A DNA stretch of 45,389 nt from a virus, in the IMG/VR virus record IMGVR_UViG_3300002559_000042; one strand, written 5' to 3'. The notes under the pieces are model-generated. The model had not been told where the DNA came from, did no database searches, and saw nothing but the letters and a program-made list of their open reading frames with translations. The position numbers and the translations under genes are program-made. Shown here piece by piece: positions 1-6,510 of the stretch (positions are counted from its first letter, which is position 1; each line of letters begins with the position of its first letter).

Positions 1-101
1 TGCGAAGTCTTATATGCATGGTTTGCCGGCTTATAAAAATTCCAGTGATTATAAGCTATCCGATGATTTTTCAGAGGATCTAGCTTCATAATTATATAAT
101 T
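1..101. repeat. Terminal direct repeat identical to 45289..45389 (circular closure or assembly overlap)
   Basis: Both ends read tgcgaagtcttatatgcatgg...gcttcataattatataatt. Bases 1..91 duplicate the last 30 codons plus TAA of the CDS starting at 44447. Confidence 0.97.
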
Positions 102-121
102 TTTTAGATTGAGGGGGATAA

Positions 122-1333
122 ATGGTGAAAAAGGGTAGTCTGTTGTATGCAGGAATAATTGTCGTGTTACTCATCTTATTGGTACTTGGAAGATATTTAT
201 ACGGGTTTTTCCTATTACTGTCAGGCGTATGCTTTTCTTTAATGATTGCGGGTTTGTTTGAGCCAAAGTTAGCGTTTTGGTCTAAGAAGAGATCAAGAAA
301 ATCTGCTGGTATAGGTTACCTTATTTTAACAATAGTTTTCTCTGTCCTTTTTTCAATTTGTTCGCCAAACCAAGATGTAGCAACTAAAGATAACAAGACA
401 AAAACAGCTTCGTCTGAAATTAAAAAAGCAGAAAATAAAAAGAGTGAAACCACTGCTAAGAAGGCGGATAAAGACAAAAAAGAGGAGAAGAGTAAGAAAG
501 CAGATGAGGATAAAAAGGCGGATGAGCAAAAGAAAGATAAAGCTTCCGTGGCCGCAGGCACAACTGCCGCTGTAAAAACCAAAAATAATCAATCAAAATC
601 CAATAATACCAACAAGCAAACAAATGTTACACCAACCAATCAAGAGCCTGTAACATTAGTTGAAACCGTTGATGGGGATACCATAAAGGTAAACTACAAA
701 GGTAAAACCGAAACGGTGCGGTACCTGTTGGTTGACACGCCAGAGGAAAAGAAACCAGGAACATGTGTACAGCCGTTTGCGGAAAGTGCCTATAACAAAA
801 ACAAGCAGCTGGTTAATAGTGGCAAGCTGACACTCGAATTTGAAACCAACGGTGATAAATATGATAAATATGGTCGGTTGCTGGCCTATGTTTATGTCAA
901 CGGAAAATCAGTCCAGGAAGAATTACTGAAAGGCGGATATGCCCGGGTGGCTTACATTTATAAACCGCCATACAAGTATCTCTCAAAATATGAAAGTGAT
1001 GAAAATGCTGCTAAAAGCAGGCACCTCAATATATGGTCAGAAAGTGGATATGTAACGGACTCTGGATTTAATGGTTGTGCAAAGACATCAAGTGGAACAA
1101 GCACAGCTTCCAGTAGATCAAGTTCTAGCACAACGAGGCATTCAACGAATTCTGGATCTTCAAATGGTTCAAGCTCATCGGCCACGAGCGCCCCTACTTC
1201 TTCCGGAGGCACAGAAATTTTTGCAAACTGTACCGAGTTGAGAAAAAAATATCCAAACGGAGTGCCGAAAGGACACCCTGCTTATCAAGAAAAGATGGAC
1301 CGGGATCACGACAATTATGCATGTGAAAGATAA
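122..1333 (+). CDS. Membrane-anchored extracytoplasmic nuclease: N-terminal TM helices, K/E/D-rich linker, staphylococcal-nuclease (SNase) domain, S/T-rich linker, C-terminal Excalibur Ca-binding domain (YokF/YncB-like architecture)
   Basis: ATG 122 follows a GAGGGGG RBS. TLVETVDGDTIKVNYKGKTETVRYLLVDTPE, YGRLLAYVYVNGKSVQEELLKGGYARVAYIYKP and LNIWSE match S. aureus nuclease motif for motif. The tail FANCTELRKKYPNG...DRDHDNYACE is the Excalibur signature. Confidence 0.9.
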   Translation: MVKKGSLLYAGIIVVLLILLVLGRYLYGFFLLLSGVCFSLMIAGLFEPKLAFWSKKRSRKSAGIGYLILTIVFSVLFSICSPNQDVATKDNKTKTASSEIKKAENKKSETTAKKADKDKKEEKSKKADEDKKADEQKKDKASVAAGTTAAVKTKNNQSKSNNTNKQTNVTPTNQEPVTLVETVDGDTIKVNYKGKTETVRYLLVDTPEEKKPGTCVQPFAESAYNKNKQLVNSGKLTLEFETNGDKYDKYGRLLAYVYVNGKSVQEELLKGGYARVAYIYKPPYKYLSKYESDENAAKSRHLNIWSESGYVTDSGFNGCAKTSSGTSTASSRSSSSTTRHSTNSGSSNGSSSSATSAPTSSGGTEIFANCTELRKKYPNGVPKGHPAYQEKMDRDHDNYACER

Positions 1334-1334
1334 G

Positions 1335-1358
1335 AAAGGCCCTGAGGGGCTTTTCTTT
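1335..1358 (+). terminator. Possible weak intrinsic terminator after the nuclease gene
   Basis: aaaggccc-tga-ggggctttt hairpin (one bulge) followed by a ttttcttt tract immediately after the stop at 1331-1333. Confidence 0.4.
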
Positions 1359-1410
1359 AGAACTAAAGAAGAACATACGTACTTAATTTTCTGTACAATG
1401 TCAATGAGTT

Positions 1411-1422
1411 TTTTGTACAAAA
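1411..1422. promoter_or_regulatory. Perfect 12-bp palindrome TTTTGTACAAAA abutting the int RBS; a second TGTACAA lies at 1392-1398
   Basis: Read directly. It sits 2 nt upstream of GGAGG (1424-1428). Candidate operator; function unknown. Confidence 0.3.
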
Positions 1423-1437
1423 TGGAGGTAAATGAAT

Positions 1438-2664
1438 ATGGCAAGTATACAAAAACGTGGCGCAAACTCTTTTCTACTTGTTGTTGAGATTGGATATAGT
1501 GCGAAGGGAAAACGCCTAAAAAGAACAAAAACAATCCATGTTAATGATCCGCAGTTATTAAAGAAAAAGAAAAAACTCAATGAGTATTTAAATGATGAAC
1601 TGACAAAATTTAAAATTGAAGTGGAAGCCGGGGAATATATTGCGCCTGAAAAAATGGTACTATCTGAGTTTGTAAAGGAATGGGAGAAAAAATATGCAAA
1701 AGAAGCCCTGTCAGGTGGCACTTTAAATAATTATCTGAGCAACTTTAAAAACCATATAGAACCGGTGCTTGGTGACCTTAGGCTAGACCAAATCAAAACA
1801 ATACACATCGTAAACCTTTTGAATAATCTAAAGCGCACCGATGGAAATGGGGAAAGCTCAATCCACGTCAAACAATATACATACCGGGTGATAAGGAACA
1901 TCATGAGCCGTGCTTACGAATGGAAGCTGGTAAAAAACAATCCGGTAGACGGTGTGAAAAAGCCACGAAATAAGGATGAGGAAATGCACAAAGTTAATGT
2001 GTATGACGAGGAAGAAGTGGAACAACTTTTTTTAGCTGTACAATCTGAGCCGATCCATTGGCGGATCTTTACTTCCCTCGCATTGGCCGGCGGGCTGCGG
2101 AAAGGCGAATTATTAGGGCTTGAAGTCTCGAAAATAAACTTTGACGAGCAGACAATTGAGATTGACCAGACCATTGTAATGGGAGAAAATAATAAACCCG
2201 AAATCAAGTCAACTAAAACTAAAAAGTCGGCACGCCTTGTCTCGTTGCCTAAAACCGTTATGGATGAGCTAAAGTTTTATGTAAAGTATCTTGAAAAAGA
2301 AAAGGAAAAAATGGGCGATGCATATGAGCAAGAACACCAATGGCTGTTTTGTAACGAATACGGTCATCATCTTTATCCGACGACACCAAGCAAATGGTGG
2401 TCCCGATTTGTTAAAAAAGCTGGAGTAAGGCATATCCGCCTGCACGATCTGCGACATACTTCGGCTACGCTTCTAATTAACCAGGGTGTGCATGCTAAAA
2501 TTATATCAGAAAGACTTGGGCATGCTGATATCGGTATTACGATGGATACTTACGGACACGCGCTCCGAACTGCGGATAAGTCGGCAGCTGAAAAATTGGA
2601 TACTATTTTCCGGTCAAAAAGCCAAAAAGAATCAAACCGTCAACAATCCGTCAACAAGTCATAA
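1438..2664 (+). CDS. int: Tyrosine recombinase / phage integrase
   Basis: C-terminal catalytic box HDLRHTSATLLINQGVHAKIISERLGHADIGITMDTYGH plus the upstream R in LALAGGLRKGELLGL. The N-terminus MASIQKRG is typical. ATG 1438 has better spacing (9 nt) from GGAGG than the track start 1432. Confidence 0.94.
   Translation: MASIQKRGANSFLLVVEIGYSAKGKRLKRTKTIHVNDPQLLKKKKKLNEYLNDELTKFKIEVEAGEYIAPEKMVLSEFVKEWEKKYAKEALSGGTLNNYLSNFKNHIEPVLGDLRLDQIKTIHIVNLLNNLKRTDGNGESSIHVKQYTYRVIRNIMSRAYEWKLVKNNPVDGVKKPRNKDEEMHKVNVYDEEEVEQLFLAVQSEPIHWRIFTSLALAGGLRKGELLGLEVSKINFDEQTIEIDQTIVMGENNKPEIKSTKTKKSARLVSLPKTVMDELKFYVKYLEKEKEKMGDAYEQEHQWLFCNEYGHHLYPTTPSKWWSRFVKKAGVRHIRLHDLRHTSATLLINQGVHAKIISERLGHADIGITMDTYGHALRTADKSAAEKLDTIFRSKSQKESNRQQSVNKS
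2638..2657 (+). repeat. Two tandem CGTCAACAA copies (putative integrase arm-type sites, P arm) inside the int 3' end
   Basis: cCGTCAACAAtcCGTCAACAAgtc read directly. Same orientation as the three copies at 2892-2929 on the other side of the tRNA-derived core. Confidence 0.5.
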
Positions 2665-2702
2665 ATTGTGCTTCCGTGAGCTACAATTTATTGAAAAGCA
2701 AA

Positions 2703-2742
2703 AAACGCTCAAACCCTTTTATATCAAGAGGTTTGAGCGTTT
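2703..2742 (-). terminator. Strong hairpin terminator; canonical on the minus strand (T-tract from 2694-2704), weaker for int on the plus strand
   Basis: An 11-13 bp perfect stem (acgctcaaacc 2705-2715 pairs with ggtttgagcgt 2730-2740). The minus-strand read is followed by tttttgctttt. It lies directly 3' of the tRNA fragment. Confidence 0.7.
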
Positions 2743-2750
2743 AAACTTTA

Positions 2751-2800
2751 AGCGGAAGACGGGACTCGAACCCGCGACCCACACCTTGGGAAGGTGTTAG
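2751..2800 (-). other. attP core: 3' ~50 nt of a type-II (long variable arm) tRNA gene; 5' half absent
   Basis: The reverse complement reads ...CACCTTCCCAAGGTGTG (variable-arm hairpin) GGTC GCGGG TTCGAGT CCCGT CTTCCGC T, i.e. a T-arm with a GTTCGAGTC loop plus a 7-nt acceptor 3' strand. No matching GCGGAAG 5' strand occurs within 100 nt. It lies next to int. Confidence 0.75.
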
Positions 2801-2891
2801 GCAATTTAGGAACTCGATGGAAATGAATCGAAAACCATTGGTATAAGTGGATTTTAAAAATTAGTTATCTGATTTTATGGGGAGTAAAATG

Positions 2892-2929
2892 GTCAACAAT
2901 GATGAATTTCGTCAACAATTCGTCAACAA
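2892..2929 (+). repeat. Three GTCAACAA copies (putative integrase arm-type sites, P' arm)
   Basis: gGTCAACAAtgatgaatttcGTCAACAAttcGTCAACAAc read directly, about 100 bp from the core. This mirrors the pair at 2638-2657. Confidence 0.5.
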
Positions 2930-2965
2930 CTCAAAGGATGACAGCCAGCCAGCTGTATTGAGTAG

Positions 2966-2997
2966 AAAAAAGAGCAGGTGAAAGCCTGCTCTTTTTT
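2966..2997. terminator. Bidirectional-looking intrinsic terminator; upstream copy of a duplicated ~45-bp terminator module
   Basis: aaaaa-AGAGCAGG-tgaaag-CCTGCTCT-ttttt. A similar sequence recurs at 4474-4517. Confidence 0.6.
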
Positions 2998-3029
2998 GCA
3001 GGCATTTACATATTTTTTTCAAAAACCCA

Positions 3030-3057
3030 TTGCATATCCAAAATTCTCATATAAAAT
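3030..3057 (+). promoter_or_regulatory. Candidate sigma-A-type promoter for the MBL cassette
   Basis: TTGCAT (3030-3035), 16-nt spacer, TAAAAT (3052-3057), about 17 nt upstream of the AAGGGAGAG RBS. Confidence 0.45.
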
Positions 3058-3073
3058 ATTCACGAAGGGAGAG

Positions 3074-4216
3074 ATGAAGATGAAAAATTTTAGGTTTAAA
3101 GTCTTAGTTGCGCTCGCTTTATTGCTGTCTTTGGTAGCGTTGCCACAAAGCCCGGACGCGGCAACAAAGAAAATGTATGTCCACTACATAAACGTTGGAC
3201 AGGGTGACTCGATTTATATTAAGGCACCAAACGGAGAGGACATCATAATTGATGGCGGCCGTGACGGAAACAAAGTAGTATCCTATTTAAAACGGCAGCA
3301 TGTCGGTGACATTGAAGTGATGATCGCGACACATCCAGATGCCGATCATATCGGCGGATTAGACGAGGTGCTAAGAGCCTACAAGGTTAAGTCTTTTTAT
3401 GCGCCCCGGGTGTCCAACAGCACCCAAACTTATGCTAATTTGCTGAGAGCCGTTAAAAATGAAGGCTTGAAAGCAAAAACAGCTACGAAAGGCGTAAGTT
3501 TGCCTGTAAAAGGCGTCTCGGCGAAATTCGTCGGACCGGTAAAAAGTTACAGCGATTTAAATGACAACAGCGCTGTTTTGCGGGTACAGTATGGCAAGAA
3601 ATCATTCTTGTTTACCGGTGATGCAGAATTTAAAGCTGAAACGGACATGATTAAATCCAAACAATATTTACGATCGGACGTTTTAAAAGTTGGTCATCAC
3701 GGAGCTAAAACGTCCACAAGTACCGCTTTTTTGCGGGCTGTTAAACCTGCCTACGCCGTAATTAGCGTTGGCAAAGGAAACAGCTACGGACACCCTACAG
3801 CGGACACGCTTAATCGCCTAAAATCTGCTAAAGTAAAGGTTTTTCGTACGGATAAACAAGGCACGATCGTGGCAACCACGGATGGCAAAAATTTGAGTTT
3901 TAACACTAAACCGGTTAGCACGTCTACCACCAGTACAGTGGCAAAATCATCTTACAAGCTGTCTGCGTCTGTAAGCAACTCGAGACCAAAACAATACAGC
4001 ACGATTTATCTAACGGTCCGAGGGCTGCCCAACGGCACAAAGTATAAAGCAGTTTGCCACTATAAGTCAAAAAATACGACATACAATGGGAAAGTCGGCT
4101 CGAAACTCCCTATTAAAATAAGCCGGGCAGCAAAGGGATATAAAGTAAAAGTGGATGTCTTGGCAAGTTACAAAGGCAAAACATACAAAACACAAACGTC
4201 TTTTACGCCGAGGTGA
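3074..4216 (+). CDS. Secreted ComEC/Rec2-type metallo-beta-lactamase-fold hydrolase with C-terminal beta-rich (Ig-like) extension
   Basis: Start taken at MKMKNF (ATG 3074, RBS AAGGGAGAG); the track ORF 5' extension overlaps the terminator. Signal peptide KVLVALALLLSLVALPQSPDA. ComEC-type motifs VGQGDS, ATHPDADHIGG, TGDAE and KVGHHGAKTS. Confidence 0.85.
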   Translation: MKMKNFRFKVLVALALLLSLVALPQSPDAATKKMYVHYINVGQGDSIYIKAPNGEDIIIDGGRDGNKVVSYLKRQHVGDIEVMIATHPDADHIGGLDEVLRAYKVKSFYAPRVSNSTQTYANLLRAVKNEGLKAKTATKGVSLPVKGVSAKFVGPVKSYSDLNDNSAVLRVQYGKKSFLFTGDAEFKAETDMIKSKQYLRSDVLKVGHHGAKTSTSTAFLRAVKPAYAVISVGKGNSYGHPTADTLNRLKSAKVKVFRTDKQGTIVATTDGKNLSFNTKPVSTSTTSTVAKSSYKLSASVSNSRPKQYSTIYLTVRGLPNGTKYKAVCHYKSKNTTYNGKVGSKLPIKISRAAKGYKVKVDVLASYKGKTYKTQTSFTPR

Positions 4217-4221
4217 GGGCA

Positions 4222-4443
4222 ATGAAACGGTATATTATTGATCATTTTGAGGGCGAAAAATTTGCAGTTTGTGAAGATGAGAGCCTGAAACTGGTGGACA
4301 TCGAAAGAAGCAAGCTTCCTAAGAGTGCCAAAGAGGGCGATGCGCTGATTTATGAAAACGGCGAATATCGAATTGACAAAAAGCGCACTGATGAAATGAA
4401 GAGAGAAATCGAAAAACTGATGGATGATGTGTGGGAAGATTAA
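4222..4443 (+). CDS. Small DUF3006-like protein (family that commonly partners ComEC-type MBL genes)
   Basis: ATG 4222 after GAGGTGAGGG; overlaps or abuts the MBL stop (4214-4216). The sequence MKRYIIDHFEGEKFAVCEDE...IYENGEYRIDKK...EIEKLMDDVW resembles DUF3006 from memory. Confidence 0.6.
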   Translation: MKRYIIDHFEGEKFAVCEDESLKLVDIERSKLPKSAKEGDALIYENGEYRIDKKRTDEMKREIEKLMDDVWED

Positions 4444-4473
4444 GGCTTCCCCTTCCCCATCCAGAAACTTCGT

Positions 4474-4509
4474 AAAAAAGGAGCAGGCAAAGCCCTGCTC
4501 TATTTTTTT
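4474..4509 (+). terminator. Intrinsic terminator of the MBL cassette; downstream copy of the duplicated module
   Basis: aaaaaa-GGAGCAGG-caaagc-CCTGCTC-tattttttt, followed by gcaggcat as at 2998-3005. Confidence 0.75.
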
Positions 4510-4685
4510 GCAGGCATAATATAGGGGGGTATTTTTTACAAATACATGGACAATTGGGAACGCCTGCTAACAAAATTATAAGAAAATTGGCTTATTTTGT
4601 CCATATATCTCGAAAAAATTTTTTGGGATTTTTTTTGGCGGGATCACTTTTTTTCAAAAACCAATAAAAAATATCTAAAAATGTA

Positions 4686-4714
4686 TTGACAATGTACATA
4701 CAAAATGATACAAT
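4686..4714 (+). promoter_or_regulatory. Near-consensus extended sigma-A-type promoter with an upstream phased A/T-tract region
   Basis: TTGACA (4686-4691), 17-nt spacer, TG-a-TACAAT (4706-4714). Phased A/T tracts lie upstream at 4612-4680 (AAAAAATTTTTT, T8, T7, A5, A6, A5). Confidence 0.8.
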
Positions 4715-4745
4715 GAAATCAAGATAAGGAAAGGAGATAAGAGAA

Positions 4746-5117
4746 ATGAACGTTATGAAACGGGCTTGGGAGATTGCTAAAGCAGGGCAACGTAAATTTG
4801 GCGGAAAGGTAAAGGAATACTTTGCAGAATCTCTCCGGCTCGCATGGAAGGAGGCAAAAGCAGCAAAAGAAATTACGGTGGAAGATGTTGAAACATACAT
4901 CAATTCCGTAATGAAGAGCGATTCCTATTCCGTTAACTACTGGGCAAAATACGGGAAGGAACGCTTATACGTAAATTACTATACAGGATCCGGATACCGT
5001 AAAGAACAAGGGTTTCTTGAATTGCAAAACGGTGTTATTGTGGCACAAGAACGTGGCGCATATACACCGGTAACAAAAGCGTTTTGGAGATTTAAAGGCG
5101 CTAAAATAAACGCATAA
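4746..5117 (+). CDS. Hypothetical protein, 123 aa (basic amphipathic N-terminal helix, Y/G-rich C-terminal part)
   Basis: ATG 8 nt after AAAGGAG. First gene behind the strong promoter. No family recognised. Confidence 0.8.
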   Translation: MNVMKRAWEIAKAGQRKFGGKVKEYFAESLRLAWKEAKAAKEITVEDVETYINSVMKSDSYSVNYWAKYGKERLYVNYYTGSGYRKEQGFLELQNGVIVAQERGAYTPVTKAFWRFKGAKINA

Positions 5118-5136
5118 AAATTAGGAGGAAACAAAA

Positions 5137-5646
5137 ATGAAAATTGTGTATAAAGAAACGTCTTATTCCGAAACTGTTTACCCGGAGCTTGTAAAGGGGA
5201 CACCAAAAGCTGCCGAGGCATTTGCGATTGTCGAACATGCCGTTAAGGAAGATTACATATTCAGCCTTGGGGAGGTTTTACCGTCAACCACTTTCGACAA
5301 CAGCGAATCAAGAATACAAACAGATTATAAAACGGTCGGAACGTGGGAAGTAGAGGAAGATGAGTTCCTGGCGGCTGCCGAGAAAATAAAGGAAATAATA
5401 GCAGAACGTAATAACAGACGAAAGAATCGTGCGGAAGCCTCCGAAATGTACCGGGAAATGCGAAAAACTTTTAAACCGCTGGGCATTAAGGTGTGGGAAG
5501 CAAAGGACGCCGCAAAAACTTGGGGCATATCGGTGGAAGAGATAGACGGCGCCGATTATCCGGAGGGCCATTTTAAAAGTAACGGCGCCTATACGTTTAT
5601 ATCAGAAACTGCGCTGACGGAAAAATTCGGGAAACCAGAAAAATAG
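5137..5646 (+). CDS. Hypothetical protein, 169 aa, net acidic
   Basis: Perfect AGGAGG RBS 8 nt upstream of ATG 5137. About 31 D/E versus about 24 K/R by hand count. No family recognised. Confidence 0.8.
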   Translation: MKIVYKETSYSETVYPELVKGTPKAAEAFAIVEHAVKEDYIFSLGEVLPSTTFDNSESRIQTDYKTVGTWEVEEDEFLAAAEKIKEIIAERNNRRKNRAEASEMYREMRKTFKPLGIKVWEAKDAAKTWGISVEEIDGADYPEGHFKSNGAYTFISETALTEKFGKPEK

Positions 5647-5708
5647 AAAAGAGAGCGGATTTATATTCGCTCCCTCTTCCCCTACATCTCATGTTACGGT
5701 TCAACAAA

Positions 5709-5763
5709 AAATAGCACAGGTTAATTAATTAAAAAGATGCTATTTAAATACACCCTGTGTTAT
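5709..5763. promoter_or_regulatory. Nested inverted repeats upstream of the RHH gene (candidate operator); TATAAT at 5779-5784
   Basis: aaatagca (5709-5716) pairs with tgctattt (5738-5745). atagcacagg (5711-5720) pairs with cctgtgttat (5754-5763, 9/10). The ttaattaattaa palindrome lies between them. Confidence 0.35.
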
Positions 5764-5842
5764 GGTTCATGGACTAATTATAATCACAAACTTTTATCAT
5801 GTCAATGCGCATGTTGTGTCCATCTTTTTGGTTATGGGAGGT

Positions 5843-6235
5843 ATGAAAGTGAAACGTACGAGGCAATACAGGATTGATCAGGATCTTCTTGATCGGTTCG
5901 ACCGCGTAAATGAAGCACTGATGCAAAACAAGAGTGAAGTCATCCGACAATTGATGAGGAAATATGTAGAGGAAAAAGAGGAGGAGTTGAAAGTGGAGGT
6001 ATTAGAAATCGTTGAATTGCGTGACAACTTCCCAAATAACGGCGAGGCCTACGCCGTCGGGAAGGCCGAAAATGGAAATTACTTCTTCGCTTGGGGACCG
6101 GAATATCCGTATGCGGATGAAGTTCCGTCTTACAATGTCGATGACGGGGAATCCGGCATAGAACATTTTCCCACAAAAAAACATGCCATGGAAGCTATGA
6201 AAGCAACTGTGGATGCCTGGGAAACAAATATTTAG
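5843..6235 (+). CDS. Ribbon-helix-helix (CopG/Arc-like) N-terminal domain protein with an unknown acidic C-terminal domain
   Basis: KRTRQYRIDQDLLDRFDRVNEALMQNKSEVIRQLMRKYVEE fits a beta-strand plus two-helix RHH pattern. GGAGG lies at 5837-5841, so the real start is ATG 5843 or more likely GTG 5849. The track 5' extension from 5762 has no RBS. Confidence 0.7.
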   Translation: MKVKRTRQYRIDQDLLDRFDRVNEALMQNKSEVIRQLMRKYVEEKEEELKVEVLEIVELRDNFPNNGEAYAVGKAENGNYFFAWGPEYPYADEVPSYNVDDGESGIEHFPTKKHAMEAMKATVDAWETNI

Positions 6236-6310
6236 CCACGCAATTCTGGCTAAAAATTGAACTACCACTAGCCTAAAGGCGTAGGGGTTTTACGACCTTA
6301 TTTATAAAGC

Positions 6311-6343
6311 AAAACTGCCGAGGAATAAGCCCCGGCAGTTTTT
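6311..6343. terminator. Strong bidirectional intrinsic terminator closing the plus-strand moron block
   Basis: AAAACTGCCG-a-GG aataagc CC-CGGCAGTTTT, with an A-tract upstream and a T-tract downstream. Confidence 0.8.
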
Positions 6344-6444
6344 GCTTAGCTCAAATATCCAATTCACAGTTTCAATCCACGCATTTTTTTTAAAAGGATG
6401 CGATACCTTTAAAAAGATATTATCACGTTATTTTTTAAATTTCA

Positions 6445-6471
6445 AGCCCCCGCATTTGCGAGGGCTTTTTT
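6445..6471. terminator. Hairpin terminator at the convergence of the plus-strand block and the minus-strand lysis cassette
   Basis: agcccccgc-attt-gcgagggct (one mismatch) followed by tttttt on the plus strand. On the minus strand it lies about 40 nt downstream of the stop at 6511. Confidence 0.55.
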
Positions 6472-6510
6472 GATTTGTCCTGGTGGATCATTAGTATTGC
6501 CGGCTCCGGC

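Noticed and set aside
2486-2800. 104-aa plus-strand ORF spanning the int 3' end, the terminator hairpin and the tRNA fragment
   Set aside because: It is out of frame inside int, runs through a strong hairpin and the tRNA-derived core, and has no RBS. It is an artefact of the ORF caller.
2751-2850. Possibility of a complete tRNA gene on the minus strand
   Set aside because: Only the variable arm, T-arm and acceptor 3' strand are present. The complementary GCGGAAG 5' acceptor strand and the D-arm are absent in the next 100 nt. It is treated as an attP core, not a tRNA gene.
5650-5680. Hairpin gagcgga-tttata-ttcgctc after the 169-aa gene as a terminator
   Set aside because: The 7-bp stem includes a G-U pair and is followed by cctcttcccc rather than a T-tract. 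It is probably not an efficient intrinsic terminator, so it is not listed as a feature.
6346-6444. Possible small RNA gene between the two plus-oriented terminators at 6311-6343 and 6445-6471
   Set aside because: No acceptable -35/-10 pair was found in the intervening 100 nt. The second hairpin is more simply the convergent terminator for the lysis cassette.
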